This document shows, piece by piece, positions 52,772 to 63,845 of a stretch of DNA of 64,000 nt (the stretch's first letter is position 1; each line of letters opens with the position of its first letter). A program made the translations under genes and the position numbers. The notes beneath the pieces were generated by a model. That model ran no database searches. It was given only the letters and a program-made list of their open reading frames with translations, and was not told where the DNA came from. This stretch comes from Naegleria gruberi (Eukaryota), in the NCBI GenBank assembly GCA_000004985.1, contig GG738874.1; one strand, written 5' to 3'.

Positions 52772-54079
52772 ATGCAAAAACAACTGTTAGGAAGAATTCC
52801 ATGCCATGGAGTTTCCCAATCACTTCGGAGGTTGAATAATAACCATTATCATCTTTGCAAAGGACCATTTAATTACATATCAACTAGACAAGTCAATAAT
52901 TATTCTACAGTGCTGGGAATAAAATCATTGGAAAAATTTCAATTTGCTCAAGATTTGGATATTTACTTTTCATTCGAGTATGCCAAACAGAGTACACAGA
53001 TAAAGGAACAAAGTTCAGGAATTCATTTTGTTTTTGATGGAAAAGAGAGTCAAAATTTAATGAATATTTTGAATTTGGGAATGAAAATTCTATCTTCATC
53101 AAATGCACAAGAAAAAGTACAACTCACTCAACTTGTGGAATTTCTTCCAACCCTCAGTAATAAACTAACGAGTAGTAGCACTAATACTCACCAAAATATG
53201 GATAAATTTATAAAAGAGGAAGAATTTAAAACTAAAATTAAGGAAATGCAAAATGAATATTTCAAATCCTATTCTGGTACAGATTACATTCCTGGAAGAC
53301 CAGAATTACCAATCCTTCTCGACGATATGAAACGAATTCCAACAACTTACAAACAAGCTGGTGTTAGCTTACCAGTGTTTTTACTTCATAATATGGCACA
53401 CATTGAATTGAATGCCATTGATCTATGCTGGAATACCATAGTGATGGCTCTGCTGCATCCTATTCGATATAAATCTGAATGGGATATTACAGATAACACT
53501 TGTTTGGATTTGTTTGATTTTATTAATGATTTTATTAAGGTTGCCAAAGATGAGGCCAGACACTTTTCTGACCTCTCTCAAAGATTGGTGGAATTATCGA
53601 GTTATTATGGAGCTGTCACAAGTCATAAGGCAATTTGGAGTATGGCAAGGGATACTCAATATTCTCTTCTAGAAAGAGTTGTGATTGGAAATATGGTTCT
53701 CGAAGGAAGAGGTTTAGATTCTGGGGAAAGACTAATTTCTAAAATGATTGGTTGTGGCGATATGAAATCCTGTGCCATTGTAAAGACAATTTGTCACGAA
53801 GAGGAGGATCATGTTAGAATTGGAGTCAAGTGGTTTGATAAGATGGCTCGAATTACACATGCCCTGATGACCTCACAACAAGAAGAAGACAATCTTTCCA
53901 AGTTATCATTTGACGATTTTCAAACTGAATTATTCCAACAAATAGTTCTAACTAATTATGGACCACTTCCTTCTCCTTTTAATCATGATTCGAGAAAGGC
54001 TGCCAATATGAAAGAATGTTGGTATGAAGATATTGCCAGGCCTAAAATTACCAAAACTACTAAAACTACTAAACATTAA
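52772..54079 (+). CDS. Ferritin-like di-iron carboxylate protein (DUF455-like)
   Basis: Helix-bundle E..H ligand motifs include LLHNMAHIELNAIDLCW, DEARHF, VLEGRGLDSGERL and HEEEDHVRIG. The motifs and their spacing resemble the bacterial DUF455 ferritin-like family. The N-terminus is basic and may be a targeting sequence. Confidence 0.5.
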   Translation: MQKQLLGRIPCHGVSQSLRRLNNNHYHLCKGPFNYISTRQVNNYSTVLGIKSLEKFQFAQDLDIYFSFEYAKQSTQIKEQSSGIHFVFDGKESQNLMNILNLGMKILSSSNAQEKVQLTQLVEFLPTLSNKLTSSSTNTHQNMDKFIKEEEFKTKIKEMQNEYFKSYSGTDYIPGRPELPILLDDMKRIPTTYKQAGVSLPVFLLHNMAHIELNAIDLCWNTIVMALLHPIRYKSEWDITDNTCLDLFDFINDFIKVAKDEARHFSDLSQRLVELSSYYGAVTSHKAIWSMARDTQYSLLERVVIGNMVLEGRGLDSGERLISKMIGCGDMKSCAIVKTICHEEEDHVRIGVKWFDKMARITHALMTSQQEEDNLSKLSFDDFQTELFQQIVLTNYGPLPSPFNHDSRKAANMKECWYEDIARPKITKTTKTTKH

Positions 54080-54166
54080 ATCCATCCAATTTAAATCCTA
54101 ATTCCAAACTTGATCTAATATTAACCATCAAATTAAAATAAATTAATTTATTTGGTAAGTATTAAA

Positions 54167-54499
54167 TTATTGTTGAAATTGCTCTGGGTGTCTTTCTTTA
54201 AAATCTTCCAAAACTTTCAAAAAATCTACAAATCCCATTCTAATAATCTTTTCCGATTCTTGTTCCAATTCTTCAATTTCCTCGATGGTTTGATCAATTC
54301 TTGTTTTTTGAATCAAATCCTTGTTATTTTCTCCAATCTTGTGCATATAATGTTGAATTTCCTCTTCCGAAGGTTTTAAATTTACAAGATTTAATAATTC
54401 ACCAATTTTTCTAACATCCACTGAACCATCGGCATGTTCATCAAAATTTGAAAAGGCCTGGATGAAAGAACCCATTTGTTCCTCATTGAATCTTGGCAT
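54167..54499 (-). CDS. Small EF-hand-like (degenerate) protein
   Basis: The 110-aa ORF has FSNFDEHADGSVDVRKIGELL, which resembles an EF-hand loop but has Lys at position 12. An acidic helical C-terminus follows (FVDFLKVLEDF). Confidence 0.35.
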   Translation of the reverse strand: MPRFNEEQMGSFIQAFSNFDEHADGSVDVRKIGELLNLVNLKPSEEEIQHYMHKIGENNKDLIQKTRIDQTIEEIEELEQESEKIIRMGFVDFLKVLEDFKERHPEQFQQ

Positions 54500-54635
54500 T
54501 TTTTTAGATGGAAAAAGAAAGCAAGAACGAATCTTTCACTTGATCATTCATCATCCCGCCAAAATTAAATTTACAGTTGTTTCTGTTTTTCAATGTTTAA
54601 AAAATTCAATTTTAAAAAAAACAACAACATCAGAG

Positions 54636-55301
54636 AATGGCCTCAAAGAAAGGAACCTTTGGAAGTGATGGAAAAAGTTGGGCTGATAAGTATGACGCTG
54701 TCTCCCTCAATTCGATTTATAGAGAAACATTCCGTAAGGAATTACAACATCACAAATTAAAGGAGGACTATTCGACACATCCTAGTAAATGTATGTGTTG
54801 TATTAATTTAATTTAATAATAACCAGAGATGAACAATATTTACTTACAAATATAATAGTCGGAGTTGTTACAGATAAACCAAATAAGCGAGGAAAGAAAT
54901 TCTTAGATAAAGATCAAGCTCTATTGGAGAGTATCTTTAATAGTCTTACACCAGAGCAAATTGAAAAGTTTGAACAAACAGTTGGAGAACCAGTTGACAA
55001 TCTGATCGACACTAAAATCACACCAGAGAAGGAGGAAGAAATGATGAGAACCCAAAGAGAGGATCAAAACTTTTTAGAGACAAGGAAAAACCTCTCTAAA
55101 ATACCTACCGATAGATTCCCAAAGCCACAAACCAGTTCTCAACAAGTAGGGTGGTTCCACAATCAAGATACAGCCATTAGAAGTACCACCAGTTTCAAAC
55201 CAAAGAAGAGTTGTGAAGAAACACTTTTTGCTAATCAACTTGTTCAATTCAAAGCCAATATTAGAGAAACATCCAAAGGAAGTGCTCCACCAAAGAAGTA
55301 A
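54636..55301 (+). CDS. Hypothetical two-exon protein; join(54636..54789,54859..55301)
   Basis: Exon 1 is MASKKGTFGSDGKSWADKYDAVSLNSIYRETFRKELQHHKLKEDYSTHPSK. A GTATGT donor and a 69-nt intron lead to the acceptor ataatag. Exon 2 is in frame with the TTG-initiated track ORF at 54924. The joined product is about 198 aa with no recognised domain. Confidence 0.45.
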
Positions 55302-55568
55302 TGTAAATAAATTGTAAATAACAAGATTAATATTTTGTAATAATTGGAAATCAGTCCAACTCGTGGAATTAAATTGAAAATTAAAATTGAAAATTGAACC
55401 TTCGAAAAAAAGAAAATGATGAAATTATCAAAGGTGAACCTTGTAATCAATAATAGGTTTCCCATTTTGAATAGTATTAAAATAACAGATAAGAAACTTG
55501 ATTTTCTTTCTCTACATCAAAAAAATAAAATCACAACACTAGCTAGTCTAATTGCATCATCATCAAAC

Positions 55569-56321
55569 ATGTCCTACAGTCAATCCAGCAATAATTCTTC
55601 CAATAGAGGAAGAGGAGGTGGTAGAGGTGGATATAACAACAAGGGAGGAGGCTTTTCAAATAATACACCAAGACCAACCCACTTCTTTGCAGTGAGAATT
55701 AACTCTCCACAAACTATCAAGGATTTAGTCGAGTGGCAACAATCAGTCCTCTCCGAACATGACTCACACTCGGAAGATTATGATTTGAGAGATTATTTAA
55801 TAGAGAAGGAAAGAATGCACTTTACCTTGTTTGTTTTGACATTGGATACTCAAGATGATTTGAAGGATTGTATTACAGTATTCCAAAAATGTCAAGATGA
55901 ATTGAAGAATATTGTAAAGAATAATTTGGAGGGTGGAAAATTCTCATTCAAATTGTCAGGAGTTCACACATTTGAGGATAAGGCATTTAAGAAGGGAAGA
56001 GTTGTCTTTACTGGACCAGAATTCAGTCATGAAAATGGAAGACAAACATTCCTTGATGTTTCTCAATATATCAATGATAAATTGAAGGAAAATGGATTAA
56101 CAGTTGATAAAATCAATAATGAAATTCACTGTACCTTAGCCAAGACAAGTAAGGTCAAGAAGAATAATACTCCAAAATCATTCCCTGAATATGTATACAG
56201 ACACCAAAAAGATACAGTCTTTGGTGATAATGAAATGATAACAGAAGTGTTACTCTGTAGAATGAAAGGACCTGGCTCAAGTGATGGATTCTATCATATT
56301 GAAGAAACTGTTCAAATCTAA
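55569..56321 (+). CDS. 2H phosphoesterase superfamily protein (LigT/AKAP7-CPDase/ASCC1-like) with an N-terminal RGG-rich tract
   Basis: Two H-x-T/S-x motifs sit in the expected context (RMHFTLFVL and EIHCTLAKT). The N-terminus reads SNRGRGGGRGGYNNKGGG. The ATG at 55569 is in frame with the track ORF at 55416. Confidence 0.6.
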   Translation: MSYSQSSNNSSNRGRGGGRGGYNNKGGGFSNNTPRPTHFFAVRINSPQTIKDLVEWQQSVLSEHDSHSEDYDLRDYLIEKERMHFTLFVLTLDTQDDLKDCITVFQKCQDELKNIVKNNLEGGKFSFKLSGVHTFEDKAFKKGRVVFTGPEFSHENGRQTFLDVSQYINDKLKENGLTVDKINNEIHCTLAKTSKVKKNNTPKSFPEYVYRHQKDTVFGDNEMITEVLLCRMKGPGSSDGFYHIEETVQI

Positions 56322-56975
56322 ATAAATTGTAAACTTGTGGTCAACCTTTTGTTAAAGAATATGTTCTGAATTTTATCTTAATCTAGATTGAATATTTGAA
56401 ATAACGCTGTGAGGGTGGGTGAGTATTTCCAGTGTTGTGTTAAAAAAGTGCTCAAAAAGGAAGTTTAGGTTGAGACCAAAAAAGAGTTGTATTGTGACAC
56501 AATGAGATCGTGAAGCTTTGAGAGAAGGCTCTCAATTCCATTCACTGGTATTTAAGAAAAAAAGAACAAGCACACTCGATGGCTGTCATGTTTGAGTGTC
56601 CAATTAATTGTTGGAGTTTTTATTGGGTTCATCATGTTATCTTGTCCATGATAAAAACTCTTGGATTTGGACACCTAGACATGACAACCATCTAAATAAA
56701 TTAGAATTATAAAAAGGAACTATTATTTTACAGTCTTTTGAAAGTCCAAGGATTCGGAATCGTTGTTGTGATAGAGTTGTACCTCCAGAATTGAGTAATT
56801 AAAGATGAGAATGTACACGTCTTGCTCTCACTCAACAAACCTTAATTTTTGAGTCTGTTCTGCTCGAATTTAAGATTAGTTTTGCGTCCGCAGGGCAGGT
56901 GTTTGAGGTAAAAAAAAATCTTTTATTACGACAATAACGAATCTATTCAGATTCTCATAGTTGAGGTAAAAAAAA

Positions 56976-57173
56976 ATGAATAGAGACGATTACTATGATC
57001 TCAGTAAAGAGGAACTTTTATCCTTACTTTCATCTCCCTTCAAAGAAGGAGGGATTGGGATTGAACATGAACAGCTAAACCAACTTTTTGAGTTTTGTGG
57101 TGGCTCTTTTTTAAATGTCATTGTGAAGAATTTAGAAATTGGGGATTGCCTGGTATATTTTCGTAAAAGATGA
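56976..57173 (+). other. Conserved small ORF upstream of a kinase gene (paralogue of 30038..30256)
   Basis: The 65-codon ORF MNRDDYYDLSKEELLSLLSSPFKEGGIGIEHEQLNQLFEFCGGSFLNVIVKNLEIGD lies 170 bp upstream of the receptor-kinase ATG. At the peptide level it resembles LLTSPKSEGGLGIERERLNRFEGNWQLILFNIIENLEIGG at 30038..30256, which also lies upstream of kinase fragments. DNA identity is only about 70%. Confidence 0.4.
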
Positions 57174-57341
57174 TTTGATTCCAAAGTATTGGATCCAATA
57201 CAACAATCACATTTTCAACAGATGAGAAATTTCCGTAGGAGTTTGATATTCATATTTATTGTAAAGGTTCTATTAGAAATGGATTGTTATCTGTTACATT
57301 CGCAAAATTTCCATATTGATAAGAAAGGACTAGTTAAAAAA

Positions 57342-60300
57342 ATGAAAGGTTCCATTGTCTGTATTGTTTGTGTTGTGTTGTTGGTGTTGACGATTCAATA
57401 TGAGAACAGCTTTGCATCTCTGACATCAAAACAACAACAATTAACACTCTTTCTAGATTCGAATAGTAATTTTATAAATTCTAATTGCTTGGAATCAACA
57501 TTTCCTTGCTCTAATTTTACACAAATTATTCAAGCCACTAGGAATTTATTAAACGAAACTAACAAGCTCGATAATTTGGAAGTTTTGGTTAGAATTCGGG
57601 GGGAAATTACTACTTGTGATCATGTCATTAATTTTTCACAATTTACAACAAATTTCAAGTTGAGTTTAGTCTCATGGGATGTGAACAACCAATTCTCTAT
57701 ACCACCACGTCGGTGTGTTTTCATTGATGAAGATTCTAGTTCTATTAATGAACTCTATTTGGAAAATGGACACATAGAGATGGATTTAACAAATCGAGAA
57801 TTTGATATAGTTTCGATTGTAAACTCTACAGGTGAAATGTATTTCAATACGAAAGAATTTTCATGTGATAGTTCAACGATTAACATAATCCTCAAAAATA
57901 GTGAAAACATTCGAATTAAGAATTCGAATATCGATATTAATTGTAAAGCAGGTACTCAATTTAATGATTTTAATGTGGAAAATTCAATTCTGATTATGAG
58001 TGACTCAGAAATTTCTAATTTTAACACATTCTCTATTAGAAATTCTATTTGGAAGTTGGAAAAAGTTAGTATCATCTATACTATCCGATTGAATCTTGGA
58101 GCATACGTTTCAATAACTGATTGTGAAATTATTGGAAGCAATGCCATGTTTGAAAATATTGACGTATTGGAAATGACAAGAATCAAGTCAAGAGAACTCG
58201 ATCATTTAACAGATGAGGATAGTAGTGTCACTATCTTTACACTATTCAATATTCGCAATATTAAGGTTTCAACCAGTAATTTCACAGAAAACAAATTTGC
58301 AGGCAGCGTTTTTGATATACAAGGATGTTATCAAGTGGAATTCACTAATTGTAATTTTTACAATAATTTACAAAAAGAATTCATTAGGGTGAGAGCAGTT
58401 CAAGATACAGATCTTTCAATTAGTGATTCAAAGTTTTTTGATAATAGGGTTGCAAATGCTCTAATTAATCAGGAACCATATCAGTTATTATTATTTTACA
58501 TCACTAATTGTGAATTTATGAGAAATTATGGTGGTTCAACCGGTTCAGTATTGAATCTCTATAGAAGTGATGTATATATTGAAACGTCAAGCTTTTCACA
58601 TAATATGGCAATTAAGGGAGGAGCCATCTATGGATTGAACACTAAAACTCTAGAACTTAAAAACTCAAATTTTACAAATAATGAAGCAGATTATGGAGGT
58701 GCTATTTTTTTAGTTTACTCTCAACTCTACAAAGGAAATGCACTACATCTGATTAACAGTTTATGTGATGGAAATGTTGCAAATATTGCAGGTGGTTGTT
58801 TGTTCAGCAATGATAACTATTCAATGAAGTTAATTAAAGGAGTGAATAGAGCAGGATTTTATGGTAATACTTTGGCCTCTGGTTTGGTCGGATTGATTGT
58901 AGAATTGGAAGATAAGAATGGAAAGTATCAAACTGTTACGAATCAAACAATTAATGTGTTTCCTGGTGAATACATGAACTTTAGAATCATTTTATATGAC
59001 ATGTATTACCAGAAAACTTCAAAATTGAGAGATGGTGACTTGTTGATATCATTAGAAGAATCTCAATCATTCGTTATGCAAAGTCAAAATTTTGCAAATG
59101 GAAACGAAAGCATTCTATTGAGTAATACTCAAATTTTACTCAAGAATTCCAAACATTTTTTTAATTCCTCAACATTTTTAAGACTCAACATTCTCGGTAT
59201 GGAAAGAATAATTCATTTGAACATTGTAGAATGTCCATTAGGATATTCAATGTCAAGAAATTCTGGAACTTTTAAATGTGAAATAATTCCACTTGAAATT
59301 ATAATTCCATCAGCCATACTTGGAACAATATCCTTGATTATTATTTCGATTAGTTTGATTATTGGATCAGTTTACATTATTAGAAAATTGAAGAAATTGA
59401 GGAAACAAGAAAGAGCAGAAATGGAAATTCAGAAAAAGTTTACAGATAATAATTTCATATTTAACAATTCAAATTCTGATGTGTTATCTGAATTACATGT
59501 TCCATTGATAGAATCTTCAAAAAGCAATCAATCATCTTACCAATACACAATACCAATTTCGGATATTAACATAATTTCAAAAATAGGAGAAGGAACAAAT
59601 GGAATAGTTTATAAAGGAAAATGGCAAAGGACTGATGTAGCCATAAAACAACTGAAGACTTCAGAAGAGGATAGTGAGGAATTTGAAAGAGAAGCCATTT
59701 TAATGAGCTCATTGAGACATCCTTCAATTGTCAGTTGTTTTGGAGTCTCTCTGACACTCAATAGCAAGTATATGGTGGTAAGTTTTCTGATTTTTCGATT
59801 AAAGTTTAAAACGAATTTATAATAGGTTGAATATTTGGAAAATGGAAGTTTAGATAAAGCTCTTTATAATTCTAGAATTGGAAGAGAAAAATTACTATTC
59901 GAAACCAAGTTGAATATTCTATTCGATGTTGCCAAAGGAATGGTCTATCTTCACTCCATCAATCCTAACAAGATTATTCACAGGTGAGTTGATTGGAAAC
60001 AATTTTTATGATTAATTTCCATTTAGAGATTTAAAACCAGGAAATATTTTGCTTACCAAAAATATGAATGCAAAGGTTGGAGATTTTGGATTGAGTAAAA
60101 TAGTCTCGAATAACACTGCAACCATGACTACAAACGTTGGAACTTTGTTGTATATTGTAAGTTTAGTTTCATTATTTGAAATTTTCTAATAAGAAAAAGG
60201 CCCCTGTAAGTTAATACTATTTTGAAATTTTAAATTTAGGAATGATATTTTATGATAGGAATTATTATCAAGTTATCACAAAGGTCAAACAACAAAATTA

Positions 60301-60910
60301 GATGTTTATTCGTTTGGGGTAATCATGTGGGAAATTTTATTCGAAATAATACCATTTTCAAACGAACTTTCAGATGTGAACACTCCATTTGCAATGTGTC
60401 CACTCTTTCTTTTGATAATTATCATTGGAATACTAAATAGAATCATGACAAGACAGAGAAATGTCAAAATTGATGAAATGATTGGAGTAAATATTGAATC
60501 GGGACAGATGGTTGTGTTTGGGGTGATGGTTGGCTCGTAATTAAGGGCTCCTAATTGAAATAATAGAGGATGACATGGTGAAGTAATGTTCAACTGAGAT
60601 GTGTTGAGAAGTGACATTTTTTTTTGAATCATTTTAGTTATCTCTGTAAAATTAATGGGATCTATCCTTAAGAGATATCTCAATTGACCTCAATGTAATA
60701 GTATAAATGGATTGCCCAAATGAATTCATACAAGAAAATTTTACCAATAAGGAAATTCAAAGATTTGGAACTGAACTAATTTCAAATTGTTTGAGGGAGT
60801 ATATAGAATTGATGAAATTATGTTGGCACACCAATCCTAATGAAAGACCTGAATTTATACAAATTTCTGCAAGTTTAGAATCCATAATTGATTTGTTAAC
60901 AGGGAATTAA
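57342..60910 (+). CDS. Receptor-type Ser/Thr (TKL-like) protein kinase with a Pmp-like parallel beta-helix ectodomain. Partial model: join(57342..59777,59826..59983,60027..60156,60200..60205,60259..60375?,60752?..60910)
   Basis: The signal peptide is MKGSIVCIVCVVLLVLTIQ. The ectodomain is about 640 aa with FxxN and GGAI motifs (FTNNEADYGGAIF, FSHNMAIKGGAIYG). The TM helix is AILGTISLIIISISLIIGSVYII. The kinase core spans exons 1-3 and the microexon. Those exons read GEGTNGIVYKGKW...VAIKQLK / VEYLENGSL...IIHR / DLKPGNILL...VGDFGLSK...GTLLYI / AP / ELLSS...DVYSFGVIMWEI. The final exon carries the subdomain XI motif LMKLCWHTNPNERPEF. Introns have GTAAGT or GTGAGT donors. The last intron is only a tentative placement: donor GTGAAC, acceptor aataag, about 375 nt. 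Confidence 0.6.
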
Positions 60911-61385
60911 ACGTTATCTAAATGATTAATTATTACAACTAGAAACATCTTGTAATAGTTAACTATTATCTTATTTATTATTTACACCAATAAAATCATC
61001 AAACAGATCAACACAAGAAGAGTATTAATGAAACTATTGTTAACACAGTTACAACTTCAATTCTCTCCACAACATCATTTGAATTTGTTAATTTTTGAAA
61101 TCTAGCAGGTAATCTAATAGAGACATAATAATTTATAAATTCCAAAGCAGCATTTCTATCCAAGGAATTGATGTTTATTGATATCAAAAAGCTACGATAA
61201 TCGCAGAAATCAAGTATGAACCATCGCAAGTATTTATTCAAGACTTGATTGGGGAAGCAAATTTAAAATTGTATTCTAGTGATATCTATCAATGCTGAAT
61301 TTATGCATTTCCTAATCCTCTTTTCCGCCTTAATTCAAATATATCATTAAGTTCATCCAAGATATGAGATTTCTTAGGAAAAAAA

Positions 61386-63845
61386 ATGAAAGAACTCGAC
61401 TTTTCAAAGAGTATTTTCATCATCACGATATTATTATTATTAATTCTTCATCATTTTGAATACTATTCTAATCAAGGAGGGTTCGTGTTGGGGGCTGGTG
61501 TTGTTCGTACCCTTGTTGGTAGTATGAGAGGATTGGATAAAGTATTAGCCACTCAAACTTCTCTTAATCTTCCCTCGAGTATCACTCATGAAGATGCGAA
61601 CGGTGAATACTATATTTCAGAGTCTTACATGGGGGTGATATGGAGAGTATTCAATAATGGGACAATGGTAAGATTTGCAGGAACAGGTTTTCAAGGATAT
61701 AATGGAGATGGAAAATTGGCTTTAGAGACAGATTTGAATTATCCAGGAAGTTTAATGATGTATGATGGAGAGCTATACTTTTCCGATCTTTCCAATTATT
61801 TAGTTAGGAAGGTTGATAGGAATGGCTATGTGAGAACAGTGGCTGGTTCAATTAAATCATATGGATATGCTGACAATGTCCTTGCAAATGAAACAAATAT
61901 TTATCCCACTGGGATTTATGTTACAAAATTGGGAGAAGTTTTAATTGCTGATTCTTCCATTCACAGAATTCGAAAGGTGCTAAATAATGGAACGATAATA
62001 ACGATTGCAGGAAATGGAAAACAAGGTTATAACGGAGAAGGTTTATCTGGTTTAGATTCTGCACTTAAGGAACCATATTCTGTAGACATGGACTCTGATG
62101 GAAACATCTATTTTGCAGATAAGGGTAATTCTATAATTCGAAAAATATTAGCATCCAATGGAGCAGTGATAACAGTTGCTGGAAACGGAACTAAGGGATA
62201 TTTTGCAAATACTATTGATGCCTTGTCTTCTCAACTTGATACTCCAGTCATGGTGACTGTAGGTAAGAATGGAGAATTTTACATTGTGACTGGTAATTTA
62301 ATAAGAAAGGTTTCTAGTGATGGATTAATTTCTACTGTTGTAGGAACTGGGGCTACAGGTCCTTTTGAAGATAATATTCTAGCCGTCAATGCCACCTTGG
62401 GTATTCCTTCGGATGTGAAGATTAGCAGAAATTCAGAGTTGTTGATAGTGGATACTTTCAATTATAGAATTAGAAAAGTTCTTTTGAATGGAACGATTCA
62501 AACAATTGCAGGAAATGGATTCGACCGATTCAATGGAGACGGATTACAAGCAAAGGACACATTACTAAATAGCCCATCCTCTTTAATTGTAAACCCAGAT
62601 CAAAGCTTGTACATTGTTGAGAGAGATAATCAGAGAATTAGAAAAGTTGATCCAAACGGAATTGTGTCAACTTTTATTGGTACTGGAAAGAGAGGCTTTA
62701 ATGGTGATAGGTTGGCTTTGGACGTGCAATTGTACAATCCTACATCTATCTCTATTGATTCGAATGGAACAATTTGGTTCTCAGAGGCCAATAGCCATCG
62801 AATTCGTAAATTATTAAGCAATGGAACAGTGATAACAGTGGTTGGGTCCACCACTGGAAGTACAGCTGATGGTCCTGCATTGCAAACAAAACTCACAATT
62901 CCAAACGGCATCGGTTTTGACTTGGATGGATCTCTATTAATTGCTGACAGATATAATCACAGAATTAGAAAGTTATTAAGTAATGGGACTTTAATTACTA
63001 TTGCAGGAACAGGTGTTTCTGGAAAGGGAGGTGATGATATTCTAGCCACTAATTCCTCCTTGAATCAACCTTCTGGAGTTTGTACCATGCCAAATGGTGA
63101 CATTCTAATTGCTGATAGAGCCAATCATCAAATTCGTCGTCTGTTTGTTAATGGCACTATCAAAACAATTGCAGGAACAGGCAGTAGTGGGTATAATGGA
63201 GACGGTTTACCAGCAACAAGCTCCACACTTAATTATCCTCAAACGGTTACAATGTTTCATAATGAAATTTATATGGTTGATACTTCTAATAGTCGAATTA
63301 GAAAGATACTCAATAATGGGACAATGATTACTATTGTTGGCAATGGAATAAGAGGTGACAGTTTGGATGGATTAGATCCACTTGAATCTAAATTGAAATC
63401 ACCCTATCATGTCACCTTTGATTCTAGAGGAAGAATGTACATTTCTGATTACTCGAATCATAAAATTAAGGTTGTCGATTTCAATTCAAGCCCAGAAACC
63501 AATACAACTTTCAATAATAGAACATTACCAAGCACTGATAGTAATACTACATCTGCAATCAGTAATTCAACCTTAAACAATAATTCGACAAATTTATATA
63601 ATAGTACAGTGATTGGAAATAATAGTCTACCAAATAATGGATCTCTCATTCCATCGACTAGTAATAGTACAATAGTAACACCAACATCGAATCATTCTTT
63701 CACAAGCATACCAATTAGAAACAGTACTTTTGTTTCACAATCTCAAAAAAGTTGCATTCCAACAAAGTGGTTGGTTCTTCTTCTGTTCGTAGCATTCTTA
63801 TTGACAACAAATCCACAAGATTATGACAATAAAAATGTTGAATAA
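61386..63845 (+). CDS. Type I membrane protein with about 14 NHL repeats (beta-propeller ectodomain)
   Basis: The signal-anchor-like N-terminus is IFIITILLLLILHHF. A unit of about 55 aa is iterated ([IV]AGNG..GYNGDGL.A..A.LN.P.GV......L[IY]IAD..N.RIRK). A Ser/Thr/Asn-rich stalk and a TM helix (WLVLLLFVAFLLT) follow. Confidence 0.75.
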   Translation: MKELDFSKSIFIITILLLLILHHFEYYSNQGGFVLGAGVVRTLVGSMRGLDKVLATQTSLNLPSSITHEDANGEYYISESYMGVIWRVFNNGTMVRFAGTGFQGYNGDGKLALETDLNYPGSLMMYDGELYFSDLSNYLVRKVDRNGYVRTVAGSIKSYGYADNVLANETNIYPTGIYVTKLGEVLIADSSIHRIRKVLNNGTIITIAGNGKQGYNGEGLSGLDSALKEPYSVDMDSDGNIYFADKGNSIIRKILASNGAVITVAGNGTKGYFANTIDALSSQLDTPVMVTVGKNGEFYIVTGNLIRKVSSDGLISTVVGTGATGPFEDNILAVNATLGIPSDVKISRNSELLIVDTFNYRIRKVLLNGTIQTIAGNGFDRFNGDGLQAKDTLLNSPSSLIVNPDQSLYIVERDNQRIRKVDPNGIVSTFIGTGKRGFNGDRLALDVQLYNPTSISIDSNGTIWFSEANSHRIRKLLSNGTVITVVGSTTGSTADGPALQTKLTIPNGIGFDLDGSLLIADRYNHRIRKLLSNGTLITIAGTGVSGKGGDDILATNSSLNQPSGVCTMPNGDILIADRANHQIRRLFVNGTIKTIAGTGSSGYNGDGLPATSSTLNYPQTVTMFHNEIYMVDTSNSRIRKILNNGTMITIVGNGIRGDSLDGLDPLESKLKSPYHVTFDSRGRMYISDYSNHKIKVVDFNSSPETNTTFNNRTLPSTDSNTTSAISNSTLNNNSTNLYNSTVIGNNSLPNNGSLIPSTSNSTIVTPTSNHSFTSIPIRNSTFVSQSQKSCIPTKWLVLLLFVAFLLTTNPQDYDNKNVE

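Noticed and set aside
60252-60440. Plus-strand ORF 60252..60440 (MIGIIIKLSQ...) and ORF 60325..60540 read through to its stop as kinase exons
   Set aside because: The first is out of frame with the DVYSFG exon. The second is in frame but runs through a hydrophobic stretch (CPLFLLIIIGIL) that is not kinase-like, before a TAA. An internal donor is more plausible.
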